64,000 nt of DNA from Candidatus Aenigmatarchaeota archaeon (GCA_016187335.1 JACPJW010000001.1:64001-128000), one strand, 5' to 3'; shown: positions 17,719 through 27,954, counted from the stretch's first letter. Notes: generated from the letters alone by a model not told the origin. Made by a program: numbers and translations.

Positions 17719-19362
17719 CTACCATACCTTCACGATCATCTTTCCTTTCCTTATTCCGGCAGTCGAGTTCTGCAGCAGTACGAAGCGCTGCAGCGAAACG
17801 ACATTGCTCGTCTTCGGGAGCGTATCGCCGACATCCAGCGCCGTGGCATTTGTGTCCACATCAGTTATCTTTATCCTGAAGCTTCCTTCCATTCCCATGC
17901 CCTGCTTTATGTGCGTTGCGTTAGTGAGATTTATTTGCGCGAGCTTGTCGTACTGGATAACGTCAATTCTTTCCGGCGTGAAAACCGTTTCAGTCAGGTT
18001 GTCAACGCCGCTGACGGTGTTTGCGGGACCGGCAAAACGACGGCTGTCGTCGTCAAAAAAAGCGGTGTACCACCTTTCCTGGCTCGCGTTTACCTCAACG
18101 ATGAAAGAAAAGTTCTGGCCGGCTCTCTGGTAAGGCACGGAGCGGTTGTAGTCGTCGTATATCACCACGGAATTCAGGTCGTAGCTCTCGGTGAACGATG
18201 AAATGTTGAAGACAACAAGCTCATTTGTTATTCTTGCAACAGGATCGCTGGCGTTGCGCAAAAACGGTGCCGTGTTGTTTATAAGTATGGGCATCTTGTA
18301 CGCCGTTGTTTTCAGCCCCAGCCTGCGCAGCTTCCTGCCGAACTCGAAGTGCTCGCTTATTTCTGTAGTGTTCAGCGAGCGGTTGTACAAGCGCACCTCG
18401 TCTATGGTGCCGTTGAAGAACGAAGCAGCTGCGCCCCCTTTTCCGCCTACGGTTGTGGCTAAAGCCGGGCCGAAGACGGACGAAGGTACGCTGCTTTTGT
18501 TGCTGTTTTCAAGAACGCCGTTGACATACACATCTAAGGATGTATTCGTCCTGTAAACGCCGGCAACATGGTACCATACGTTGTTGGACAATGTCGTGTT
18601 GCTTGCTGCATTAAACACGCTTGTTCCGTCGCCGGATATCCTGAAGTCAGCATTATCGTTGCTGTTCAAGAACAATGCGTAGGATCTTTGGCTGTTTCCC
18701 GTTTCAAACTTGCTGACGATGGATTTCGTTCCGGATGATTCAGGACGAATCCACGCCTCTATAGTGAAATTTCCGGTGACGTTTGTTGCTGCGTTGCTGC
18801 TGACATTGACGGCGCTGTTTATGCCGTTGAACGCGCATGCGCTGAGTATCATTCCCTGCACGGTCTGGTTGCAGTCAAGCCCCCCCGACCCAGTGCCGTC
18901 ATTCCTTGAATTGCTTGAATCGTTTGTGGAATTATCAAGCCTGAGGAGGAATACTGTGCTGGCGTCAAGAAATGAAGGCGGCCAGTCCTTTGGCGTGTAT
19001 TCACTGTCCGCTACGCCGCGCAGGGTTTCCGCCTCGCTGCGAATCTGCGCAATATCGGCGATATCCTTTATCGGCGTCACGAAATTGCTGAATGAAAGCA
19101 CGATGAACGCAAATAGAACCAGAAACAGACCCGTGGCTATGACAAAATCCAGCTGTATCGCGCCCTTCAAAGAGAAGAAACCTGCGGTTTCTCTCTCTTG
19201 ACTCTCACGCTCGAAGAAACGAAGTTTCTTCGGCGTCTCAAAGAGCTTCGCTCTTTGCAGATTTCCCTTATTTAAAATATTATTTTTTTGATAGAAATTT
19301 TTTTCTAAAAAAGTTCTCCTAATTTCCTTTCTAGAAATATTATTTAAAATTTCTCTTCCCAT
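17719..19362 (-). CDS. Pilin-like protein with LamG domain (adhesin candidate)
   Basis: LKG/AIQLDFVIATGLF; FTIEAWI, WYHVAGVY, FNGTIDEVRLYNRSL. Start set at MGREIL. Confidence 0.85.
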   Translation of the reverse strand: MGREILNNISRKEIRRTFLEKNFYQKNNILNKGNLQRAKLFETPKKLRFFERESQERETAGFFSLKGAIQLDFVIATGLFLVLFAFIVLSFSNFVTPIKDIADIAQIRSEAETLRGVADSEYTPKDWPPSFLDASTVFLLRLDNSTNDSSNSRNDGTGSGGLDCNQTVQGMILSACAFNGINSAVNVSSNAATNVTGNFTIEAWIRPESSGTKSIVSKFETGNSQRSYALFLNSNDNADFRISGDGTSVFNAASNTTLSNNVWYHVAGVYRTNTSLDVYVNGVLENSNKSSVPSSVFGPALATTVGGKGGAAASFFNGTIDEVRLYNRSLNTTEISEHFEFGRKLRRLGLKTTAYKMPILINNTAPFLRNASDPVARITNELVVFNISSFTESYDLNSVVIYDDYNRSVPYQRAGQNFSFIVEVNASQERWYTAFFDDDSRRFAGPANTVSGVDNLTETVFTPERIDVIQYDKLAQINLTNATHIKQGMGMEGSFRIKITDVDTNATALDVGDTLPKTSNVVSLQRFVLLQNSTAGIRKGKMIVKVW

Positions 19363-19367
19363 ATCAA

Positions 19368-19970
19368 TCAAACGTTTGTTACGCTTACTTCGTCGGTGCC
19401 GTTGTCGTACCTGACATAGCTTATTTCGCTCTTTCCGCCGCTGGTGCCGCCCCTGAAGGTTGCGTTGAATCCCATGACGCACGTGTCGTTGATGTAAGGG
19501 GTGCCCAGGGTTTCAACAAGCAGCGTGTCGTTTGCAAATCTTGTCCTGTATTTCAGCCCGCCTATTTTTTCGGGCATTGAGACGATTATCCTGCCCAGAG
19601 TCGTGTTCGTCCTTGAAACGTATTCGCGCGGTATCATGAGCTTTTCAACGGATGTTTTCATTATGTCGCACGTCTGCAGAATCTCCTTTTTGCCGACGAA
19701 TTTCTTGTTCTCGTCTATGAGCGAGTTCATCGTGGAAACTATAATCCATATCATGATCAGGCTGAAAGCAACGGCAAACGCATGCATCACGAGCTGCGAC
19801 TGGCCTTTACGGGAGAAGAAACTACGTTTCTCTCCCTGTACCCTCATTTCCTTATTATTTTTTACAGAACTCTGAGAAGTTCTACCGTTTTGATTGAACT
19901 TCCTTCGAAAACCACAGGTTTTCGGGGACTCAGGAAAGCTATGCTTTCCTCGAGTTTTTGAAAAGTTCAT
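19368..19970 (-). CDS. Minor pilin-like protein with repeat-derived leader
   Basis: RKG/QSQLVMHAFAVAFSL. ATG overlaps the upstream stop. Confidence 0.8.
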   Translation of the reverse strand: MNFSKTRGKHSFPESPKTCGFRRKFNQNGRTSQSSVKNNKEMRVQGEKRSFFSRKGQSQLVMHAFAVAFSLIMIWIIVSTMNSLIDENKKFVGKKEILQTCDIMKTSVEKLMIPREYVSRTNTTLGRIIVSMPEKIGGLKYRTRFANDTLLVETLGTPYINDTCVMGFNATFRGGTSGGKSEISYVRYDNGTDEVSVTNV

Positions 19971-20533
19971 CGTATCACCGATATCCTGACTTTGGTCACA
20001 TTGTTCTGGTTCCTGCCCAAGTTCTCAACGACAATTTCCCGCGCGCCGGGTCCGATAACGGAGCGCTCCACAATGTCCAGATCCGTATATTCCAGACGCA
20101 TTATTATCGGCATTATCTTTGGCGCCGTGAAATTGTGCGAGCCGAATCGCGTATCAACGACGCCGTAGATTTTTATCGAGTCTATTTTTCTTTTCAGCTG
20201 CTCCTCACTGCCGCCGGTAAATGTTATGAACAGCCTTGAATCAAGCGGCTGCCTCATCTCCAGAAGATACGACAAGCCGTCGTAGTTTGTGTTGTTCTTC
20301 GTGCCGAAGCCGTTTGAAGAAACCATCGCCAAAAGCAGCCCTCCGTCAGCGGCATCTATGTAGTCATTGCTCTGGTTTATGACGTCGTTGCTCTTGTTGT
20401 TTATGTTTGTGACCAGGGAAAATGCAGCGGAGCGCCCCAGTGTCGAGTATCCTGAAGATGCCGCATCCTGCGTGAACCCGACAAAAGAAATCATGGTAAG
20501 GGCAAGCAGCGCCAGCAGCGGTAAAAGCCTCAT
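19967..20533 (-). CDS. Secreted protein of the pilus locus
   Basis: N-terminal hydrophobic signal; paralogous C-terminus (PIIMRLEYTDLDI...IVVEN) to 21394-22155. Confidence 0.7.
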   Translation of the reverse strand: MRLLPLLALLALTMISFVGFTQDAASSGYSTLGRSAAFSLVTNINNKSNDVINQSNDYIDAADGGLLLAMVSSNGFGTKNNTNYDGLSYLLEMRQPLDSRLFITFTGGSEEQLKRKIDSIKIYGVVDTRFGSHNFTAPKIMPIIMRLEYTDLDIVERSVIGPGAREIVVENLGRNQNNVTKVRISVIR

Positions 20534-20589
20534 GCGATCACTAGATAGTATGGTTTCAGGCAGTTAAAATGTTTGGGGAGCTCGCTGCT

Positions 20590-21393
20590 TCAATACTTGT
20601 TTATGCTTTTCACCTGGAGCTCTATGAAATCAGAGGCGCCTGATAGCGTGAACTCGGCGATGTAAGAAATGTTGGCTGCCGTGCTGTTAAGAACAACCCT
20701 TATTGAATTGCTCGGCAGGAACGACTCGTTCCTCGTGAACTCCGTCCATCCGGTGCCGTATGTGGAGTTGTGCAGGTCGTTTATTGCTATGAGCGATACG
20801 GGCGCTGTCACGTTCAGCGGGATTGTTTTTGTCCTCATCTGCACTATCAGGTTCGTAGTGTTTATTGCAACGGGACTTCCTGGCGTCCCGTTTTTTCTCA
20901 TCGCGAAAAGAACCGCCCTGTTTTCCAGTACAAGGTCGTTTGATCCGTCGCCGTCAATGTCGCTTTCATAGGATTCCACATGCGGCCCCGACAGTATAAG
21001 CAGGTTTCCTTCCTGGAACCTGAGGCCTTCCTGAAAAAGCTGCCTGGGCAGGAGCAGCTGGTATTTTATGGTGTCAGATTTCCCGGAAACAACGAATTCC
21101 CCGCCCTCTATGTTTTCTACCTTCAGCACGCGGATTGCTCCGGGAGCTTCCGAGGACATCTCCCTTATTACGGCGTCAACTCCTGTAAGGACCTCCCTTG
21201 CAGCGCTGAAGCGCTGGCTGGACCTGCCCTCTTCCATGAAATTGTTTATGACGCTCACGACAATGAAAGACGAAACAATGACTATGACAAAGACTATGAC
21301 TTCCAGCGTTATCGTAACGCCCTTCAGAAAGTTTCGCTCTTTGCAGATTCCCTTTTTAGAAATATTATAATCACAAAATTTTGGATTTGCCAT
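20590..21393 (-). CDS. Minor pilin-like protein
   Basis: LKG/VTITLEVIVFVIVIV; paralog of 15649-16353. Confidence 0.78.
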   Translation of the reverse strand: MANPKFCDYNISKKGICKERNFLKGVTITLEVIVFVIVIVSSFIVVSVINNFMEEGRSSQRFSAAREVLTGVDAVIREMSSEAPGAIRVLKVENIEGGEFVVSGKSDTIKYQLLLPRQLFQEGLRFQEGNLLILSGPHVESYESDIDGDGSNDLVLENRAVLFAMRKNGTPGSPVAINTTNLIVQMRTKTIPLNVTAPVSLIAINDLHNSTYGTGWTEFTRNESFLPSNSIRVVLNSTAANISYIAEFTLSGASDFIELQVKSINKY

Positions 21394-22155
21394 TTAATCC
21401 CTCACAATAATCTGGACCCTGTCGGTGGTTTCATTCTTCTCCAGGACAAGCTTCGCCGAGCCCGCCTTCACGAAATCGCCCATGATGTCGACGTCAGGAT
21501 ATGACAGGATTATTTCGAGGGGCGACTTGCCCTGGAAGAAAGGCATGAATGCCTGCGGCATGAAGCCGTGTATTTTTATTAGCTGGAATTTTCCGCGGAC
21601 ATTCGAGCAGCCGCCTGTTGTTATCGGCAGGACGAAGCGGTTCCTTTCCTGCGCCTGGGACAGCCGCAAGTTAGCTGAAGCTGCCTGCGTCGTGTTCCTG
21701 CTGAGGTTTATGTAGCTCAGCGCCTTGCCGGAGAACACGATGCCGTAAGCCGGCGTGCCGCTTATCGCAGTGTCCTCCATGCATAAGTAGAAATTGCTCA
21801 GGTTTGACGGCGTCAGCAGGAGGAACGTCTGGTTGCCTGAAAGCTTCTGCGCATCTGCTTCTGCTGAATCATTGGCAATTCCGTTTATGTTGAATTCCAG
21901 GGCAAATGTCACAGTCTGGTTCAGCGTTATGCCCAAAGGGGGGAAGTCAAAACCAAGGATTACGATGTAGCTGCTGCTGGATTCCTTCCCGGCAAAGGTT
22001 TCCACGGACGTGCGCGCCACAAGGCCGCTGCCGGTAACCACGCCGCCTTCTGTCGGCGTTGCCGATTCAATTTTGTACGATGAGCTGCTCATCTCTATTG
22101 CAAAAACTGCCGCAGAAAGTGCAACAATAAAAGCAAAAACAAGCGCGTATTTCAT
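21394..22155 (-). CDS. Secreted protein of the pilus locus
   Basis: Sec-type signal MKYALVFAFIVALSAAVFA; ends LVLEKNETTDRVQIIVRD. Confidence 0.7.
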   Translation of the reverse strand: MKYALVFAFIVALSAAVFAIEMSSSSYKIESATPTEGGVVTGSGLVARTSVETFAGKESSSSYIVILGFDFPPLGITLNQTVTFALEFNINGIANDSAEADAQKLSGNQTFLLLTPSNLSNFYLCMEDTAISGTPAYGIVFSGKALSYINLSRNTTQAASANLRLSQAQERNRFVLPITTGGCSNVRGKFQLIKIHGFMPQAFMPFFQGKSPLEIILSYPDVDIMGDFVKAGSAKLVLEKNETTDRVQIIVRD

Positions 22156-22253
22156 CAGCTATATATTAACGGCTCGTATATTAAATTTGTGAGATACTAA
22201 AACGGAAATAAGGGCTCAAAGAATCGTTGGGCCAGTTACTCTTTTTGTCTTAG

Positions 22254-22691
22254 TTAAGGAATGGCTATGTCCGCAGAGAAGCTGGTTCCGCAGTTCGCTG
22301 CGAAAACTTCCACGCGCAGCGGCTTCGTGCTGTCCTTCGTGTCATAAACAATCCAGTCGTTGTATCCAGGCGGCATGGGATCCATGAAATTCAGGTCCTT
22401 CATTGCTATGTTCGAGTGCGCTTTTGTTTTCGTGGCGTTGGCATATATGACGTTGGCAGCCATGCCGGATAAATTGAAATTCGTTTTCTGGTTTGTGACC
22501 TGCACGGTCAGTAATGTCCCGGAAAATGACGGCGATCTGAGCCCTAAAGCCCCGACGCAGCTTTCCTTTTCCTCGTTTTTTTCAAGACCTTGTTGCGAGA
22601 ACCTTGTTGCCCAAGAGCCTAGTATGCCTGCAATAGCGAGGGTAAATGCAATAAGCAGTATAGCAGCTATAAGCGGCGAAACACCTTTCAT
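22254..22691 (-). CDS. Type IV pilin
   Basis: MKG/VSPLIAAILLIAFTLAIAG; paralog of 15146-15604. Confidence 0.88.
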   Translation of the reverse strand: MKGVSPLIAAILLIAFTLAIAGILGSWATRFSQQGLEKNEEKESCVGALGLRSPSFSGTLLTVQVTNQKTNFNLSGMAANVIYANATKTKAHSNIAMKDLNFMDPMPPGYNDWIVYDTKDSTKPLRVEVFAANCGTSFSADIAIP

Positions 22692-22723
22692 GCCTAACTT
22701 ATGGGATTCCTCCCTTAAAAAGT

Positions 22724-23332
22724 TCAGTCCATCGCGCATCCTGTCAGCTGCTCGTAAAGCTGCAGCGCCTGCACGCCGATGTAAGGCGTGTTGTTGTACA
22801 CGGTTGTCGGAACCTGCGTGATGCCCACCTGCTGGCATAACTGCAGGTTTGCTCCGGTGCAGTCAACGTAGAATTTCCTGTAGAAAGAGCCGAGAACCTG
22901 CAGCTGCGCCTGCGTGTTCACCTCATTGATCTGCCCGAATACAAGCAGCTGCTTCCCTGCAAGACATTCTGCAAATGACTTCTCTTTCGTGATACGTTCA
23001 AGGAATGCCTGCGTATTTACGGCGCGGTCCGTGAACAGGGCGCCGTCACTGCTCACTAAAATTTCCTGGACCTGCCTGCTGCCCGAAGCGTCGCGCGTCG
23101 CTAAAATCACCCTGTACATTCCGCTTTCTTCCTTTACATTGAGCACCTCAACGGGGCCTTCTGTTATCGTTTCATAGATTTTTTTTACTTTATCAACGGC
23201 TGCTTCCTGCTTTGCCGTTTTCTGGCCTGTTGCAATGTAGCTGTTGTAAACAATGAAAAGTAACGCAAGAACAAGCACGGCAATCAGGCCGTAAAGCAGT
23301 CTGTTGTCTTTTGCTGCAGCTTTATCAACCAC
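22724..23332 (-). CDS. Membrane-anchored thioredoxin-fold-like protein lacking CxxC
   Basis: N-terminal TM helix; FAECL...YVDC......LC...GI...PT...G...L..L...TGC pattern. Confidence 0.55.
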   Translation of the reverse strand: MVDKAAAKDNRLLYGLIAVLVLALLFIVYNSYIATGQKTAKQEAAVDKVKKIYETITEGPVEVLNVKEESGMYRVILATRDASGSRQVQEILVSSDGALFTDRAVNTQAFLERITKEKSFAECLAGKQLLVFGQINEVNTQAQLQVLGSFYRKFYVDCTGANLQLCQQVGITQVPTTVYNNTPYIGVQALQLYEQLTGCAMD

Positions 23333-23415
23333 GGATTATACCCCACTCTTTCCTTAATAATGCAAATAAATCTTTTAAAGCCGAACTTTTTAACAAAAAG
23401 TTTGATCAAAAATTC

Positions 23416-23811
23416 TTACACGCACGTGTAGTTGTTGTAAGTTTTCCCTGCAGGACAGTCGCTTTGCCCGCACGCATCCACTGGCTCCGTGTGCGAATCG
23501 TAATATGTTTCCTCGGGGCAGTCAGGAAACGCCCCGTACCTGAAGCATTCCCTTTCTTTGTACAACTGCTTCTTTGAGCATGAGCCGGACTGCCAGTTCC
23601 TGCACTGGTTCGCAGGGCATTGTCCCGGCGTCAGCGCCTGCGCGATGCTTGGATTGACTCTTGGCAGTTCCTGCGAAACGTTGGCAGCAGGTCCTGTGGG
23701 TTCGGAAGGACCCAGCTTGACTTTTCCAAGAAAAATTAAAGCAAAAATAGCGATTACAATAACAACTCCGGCAACGAGGTAGTTTCTGTTCTTTCCGTCA
23801 AAAGTCGCCAT
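23416..23811 (-). CDS. Membrane-anchored Cys-rich small protein
   Basis: One TM helix and eight Cys in the C-terminal half. Confidence 0.6.
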   Translation of the reverse strand: MATFDGKNRNYLVAGVVIVIAIFALIFLGKVKLGPSEPTGPAANVSQELPRVNPSIAQALTPGQCPANQCRNWQSGSCSKKQLYKERECFRYGAFPDCPEETYYDSHTEPVDACGQSDCPAGKTYNNYTCV

Positions 23812-23980
23812 TCTTATCGTTTATCTAATTGTTGCAGCGGTTTATAAAAGTGATGCCGTTTTGTGCATGGTATTGTTTCTTCTTTTTATGTGAGTTTACG
23901 GTGCTCAAGAACAAGTAATCTTAACTTTAATAGTTAACTTTAAATATTAAACTTAACTAATAAGTTTTATATGACCATCT

Positions 23981-24172
23981 ATGGCGCTCTATGACGAAGT
24001 CAAGGGCCGCGTCCATGCATCGCTGGGAAAAGAACCGCTGCCCATCAAGGTTATCGCTGACAAATGCTCGCTTTCCGTTAGCACTGCTTCTAAGTACTGC
24101 CACATTCTTGCCGCAGAAGGCAGGGCAGAAATCAAAAAGTACGGCAACATGAAGCTGGTGAGAAAGAAATGA
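23981..24172 (+). CDS. Small winged-helix DNA-binding protein
   Basis: IKVIADKCSLSVSTASKYCHILAAEG HTH pattern; overlaps the start of the next gene. Confidence 0.7.
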   Translation: MALYDEVKGRVHASLGKEPLPIKVIADKCSLSVSTASKYCHILAAEGRAEIKKYGNMKLVRKK

Positions 24173-27100
24173 TGCTGAACCACACCCCGAGGAGAGAAGG
24201 AGAAAATAAGCAGTTCCGGTTTGGCATTCTTTGTGTAGCACTCCTTCTCTCCTTCATATTTTTCGCTTCGCTTGCCCATGCCGCCGTCCCGAACACGATG
24301 AATTTCCAGGCAAAGCTCACGGACACGAGCAACGTGCTTCTCACGGACACGTACAACTTCACCTTTCGCATATTCAACGTCGTATCAGGCGGGACATACC
24401 TGTGGTCGGAAAACCAGGTGATTTACGTGGACAACGGCATCGTCAACGCACTGCTCGGCAACAACACGCTTCTCAATTTATCGTTCGACGAATCGTACTG
24501 GCTGGAAATACGAATAGGCTCGGAAACCCTTACGCCAAGACGGCAGCTGGCAACGAGCGCCTACGCCTTCCGCGCGAATGTATCCGACGACCTCGTCTGC
24601 ACGTCATGCGTCGGCAGCGGCGATATTGCAACCAACGCCGTCACGACATCAAAAATAACCAATGATGCTGTTACATCAGCAAAGCTGGCTGATGATTTAT
24701 CACTGGAAGGAAACCTGTCAGCTGCTTCAAGCCTGCTGTTTGTCAACAACCAGAGCAGGTTTGCAGGTATCAATACTACGGCGCCGACGCAGACGCTGAC
24801 ATCTGTCGGAACACTAAATGTAACAAATAATGCAGGAATCCTGGGATTATTCCAGGATGCGAACGCAAGGGTCGGCATAGGGGCGGCATCGCCGATAACT
24901 AATCTTGACATCCGCGGCAACGCAAACGCGTCGGGATTCCTGAATGCAACTGTCTTACAGTCAATAGGGAACACGTATCTTGCAACATCTACGGGGAGCG
25001 TTGGAGTAGGAACATCTTTGCCTTTGTACACGCTGGACGTCCGCGGCAACATCAACGCCAGCGGCTTCCTGAACGCCTCGCAGATATGCTTCCGCACGGA
25101 CTGCCGCACCGAATGGCCCTCAGCGATATCAGGCTGGGCGACCACGGCTACGCTTGTCTACAACGACACGGCCGGCGTGAACGTGAGCATAGGCAGCAGC
25201 TCAGCCGCGCCCGCCGGGTACAAAGTGCTTATTGCCGGCAGCGTGAATATCACCGGCATATTGAACGCTTCTTCCCTCGCTGACAGCATAGTGACGAGCG
25301 GCGCGATAGCCACGAATGCCGTGACAGCGAGCAAAATTACTGCCGGAGCTGTGACTTCGGCCAAGCTTGCGCAGGACCTCACATTAGAAGGCAACTTGTC
25401 TGCCGGCTCGAACATATTCTATGTCAGCAACAACACGAGGGCTGTGGGAATTAACACCACGTCGCCAACCCAGACATTAACCGTCGTGGGCCAGGCCAAC
25501 ATAACCGGAGGAGCGGGCAATATTGTCGGGCTGTTCGTCAATGACCTGGGAAGGGTGGCCATAAACACGTCTGTCCCTCAGGCGCTCCTGCACATAAACG
25601 CCTCTACTACTGCAACTCCTTTCAGGATAACCACGAACGCCAATGCGTCTACGTTCGTGGTAGACGGCGGCGGGCGTGTAGGCATAGGAACAGCATCGCC
25701 TGACCATAAGCTGCATGTTTTCGGGGATATCAACGCAACAGGAACAATATACGGCAACATCAACGCCACCGCAGCTGACCTGGAGTGCACGGGCTGCGTG
25801 GGCTCGGACGACCTGGCGACAAGCGCGGTCACGGCATCGAAGATAGCCAGCGGAGCTGTCACGTCAGCGAAGCTCGCGCAGGATCTGACGATCGAGGGGA
25901 ACCTGTCCGTGGCATCATCATTATTTTACGTTGCCAACAACACGAGGCGCGTCGGGGTGGGAACGACAAGCCCGCTTGGTCCGTTTCATGTGACCACAAG
26001 CACTGTACCCAACATTCTTGTCGTAAACATAAGCTCAGGCTTGGGCGTCGGCACAGCGACCCCGAATTACGCAGGCATCGGCGGGCTGGGCGTGACCATT
26101 GAGAATACGAACGGCGGCGCGTTTGAGCTTGTCCAGCTGAACAATACCGGCTCCGTGACGATAGGAGGCGTAGAAGGCATCGTAAAGAGCGGCGCGACCG
26201 CGACGCTTACAGCAGACATGTACTTTGCCAAGGACGCCGCAGGCGACACGGCCTCGGGCTACACGGTATTCAGGACAAAGACAGCTTCAGGATCACTCAC
26301 TGAGCGGCTGAGGATAACAAGCAACGGCAGCTTCGTGTTTGGCAGCGATGGAATAGCAGACCAGACTCTGGATGTCACGGGCGGCGGCTATATTTCAGGC
26401 AGCCTTGGCGTCGGAACAGCGAGTCCGCTTGGAATAATCCACGCCGCAAGGGGCGACGGCAACAACCTGATTGTATACGAGCGCACCGGAGGCAACGCAG
26501 GCCGCTGGAACACATGGATAAGCGAGTTCGGTGCAGGGAGCAGAGGAAGCCTGTGGTTTGAATCGACTGTATCCACAGGAGATTTTGTAATTCGCAACAG
26601 CGCAGTGCAGGACGTATTCTATGTTGACACGACGCCGGGCTTCACAGGAATAAACCTGACTGCTCCGCAGGCTTTGCTTCACTTAAACGCGTCAAGTACG
26701 GTTAATTCATTCAGGATATCCACAAATACGAATCCAACCGCAGTCATCGTGAATGGCACTGGCAGCTTAGGCCTTGGCCTTATTGATCCTAGAGCCACGC
26801 TGGAAATTGCCAACAGATCAGCGACGGATGCGTTTGGCACGAATCTTACGGCAATTCAGATAGACCACCAGAGCGAGAACGCTCCTTGGCTGTTCCTCAG
26901 CGACCCGGCGAGGGTAACAAGTTACGGCTGGAAATTCTTCCATTCGCATCTTAGCGGCGACCTTTACATCAACAGGAGGTCGAATGACGCTGAGTATGAA
27001 GTCATCCGTTTTACGCGCGATTCCGCTAAGGTCACTATCAACGGCAGCGTGGGTATAAACACGACGACGTCGACGGCATTGTTAGCCCTGAATCCCGCAG

Positions 27101-27954
27101 CCAACGTTGTTGGCCTGAACATAACCGGCACAGGGACCCAGGCTAATCACTACATCTATGTGCAAAGCTCAACGGGCTCGCCTGTATTTCTAGTGAATTC
27201 AACCGGTGTCGGCATCGGGACAGGGAGTCCTAATACATATTTATCCGGCGACCCTAATGGCTTGGTGATTTCGACCAGCTTTGCTGCTTCAAACCGCGCG
27301 GCTTTGGTTCTGGTCGGGAATCGCGGCTCGGCCGACAATAGCGAAGCACTGGCGAGAATCCGGTTTGCCAACAACGAAAGCGGCAACCCGCAAAAAATCA
27401 ATGCCGAGATAGCCGCGGTAATGGACGCCACGGCAAACGTCAACAGCTCCAACCTGGTGTTTTACACACATCCGCCCGGGACTGCTGGTGGAGCTCCTAC
27501 AGAAAGAATGAGGATAAACAGCACGGGCAGTGTCGGAATAAACGACTCCACACCTGACGGAGTTTTTGACGTGGATGTGAGCGGGACACCGAACGCGTTG
27601 GTTGTAACGGAGACGGGCGCTGTTTCTATCGCGTCAAAAACCGCTTTTAAAGTCAAGAGAACTACCAGCGTTTCAACGTCCTCCGTGACTATTTTTAATA
27701 TCGATAACGACGGACCATTCGGCTTCAAGGGCGGGCTGGCCCTTGTTCAGGGCACTGACGCCGCTGACTCGAATCAGCACTTCTTTGATGTCGTAGCCGT
27801 GAGCCGCGCTGGCGGAGTCTATAACATATCTTCCACCGGAAACGGGGCTGGGCGGGCATACAGCAACATTAATGGTATTAGCTTTAATCTGTCAATGTCG
27901 GAGAACACCTACAACGTGGCTGTGACAGTCATCGGCATGGACCAGGCGCAGTAG
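24169..27954 (+). CDS. Large secreted repetitive surface protein (tail-fibre/adhesin-like)
   Basis: Signal peptide; VPNTMNFQAKL N-domain; many GIGTxSP/GINTTxP repeats; three AVTxSKIxxxAVTSAKLA units. Confidence 0.8.
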   Translation: MMLNHTPRREGENKQFRFGILCVALLLSFIFFASLAHAAVPNTMNFQAKLTDTSNVLLTDTYNFTFRIFNVVSGGTYLWSENQVIYVDNGIVNALLGNNTLLNLSFDESYWLEIRIGSETLTPRRQLATSAYAFRANVSDDLVCTSCVGSGDIATNAVTTSKITNDAVTSAKLADDLSLEGNLSAASSLLFVNNQSRFAGINTTAPTQTLTSVGTLNVTNNAGILGLFQDANARVGIGAASPITNLDIRGNANASGFLNATVLQSIGNTYLATSTGSVGVGTSLPLYTLDVRGNINASGFLNASQICFRTDCRTEWPSAISGWATTATLVYNDTAGVNVSIGSSSAAPAGYKVLIAGSVNITGILNASSLADSIVTSGAIATNAVTASKITAGAVTSAKLAQDLTLEGNLSAGSNIFYVSNNTRAVGINTTSPTQTLTVVGQANITGGAGNIVGLFVNDLGRVAINTSVPQALLHINASTTATPFRITTNANASTFVVDGGGRVGIGTASPDHKLHVFGDINATGTIYGNINATAADLECTGCVGSDDLATSAVTASKIASGAVTSAKLAQDLTIEGNLSVASSLFYVANNTRRVGVGTTSPLGPFHVTTSTVPNILVVNISSGLGVGTATPNYAGIGGLGVTIENTNGGAFELVQLNNTGSVTIGGVEGIVKSGATATLTADMYFAKDAAGDTASGYTVFRTKTASGSLTERLRITSNGSFVFGSDGIADQTLDVTGGGYISGSLGVGTASPLGIIHAARGDGNNLIVYERTGGNAGRWNTWISEFGAGSRGSLWFESTVSTGDFVIRNSAVQDVFYVDTTPGFTGINLTAPQALLHLNASSTVNSFRISTNTNPTAVIVNGTGSLGLGLIDPRATLEIANRSATDAFGTNLTAIQIDHQSENAPWLFLSDPARVTSYGWKFFHSHLSGDLYINRRSNDAEYEVIRFTRDSAKVTINGSVGINTTTSTALLALNPAANVVGLNITGTGTQANHYIYVQSSTGSPVFLVNSTGVGIGTGSPNTYLSGDPNGLVISTSFAASNRAALVLVGNRGSADNSEALARIRFANNESGNPQKINAEIAAVMDATANVNSSNLVFYTHPPGTAGGAPTERMRINSTGSVGINDSTPDGVFDVDVSGTPNALVVTETGAVSIASKTAFKVKRTTSVSTSSVTIFNIDNDGPFGFKGGLALVQGTDAADSNQHFFDVVAVSRAGGVYNISSTGNGAGRAYSNINGISFNLSMSENTYNVAVTVIGMDQAQ

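Noticed and set aside
12197-19860. Pilin-leader hairpin modules as BHB mRNA introns (removal would give MRKG leaders)
   Set aside because: No 4-bp central helix with paired 3-nt bulges at the required junctions, and all copies are already in frame with an upstream start.
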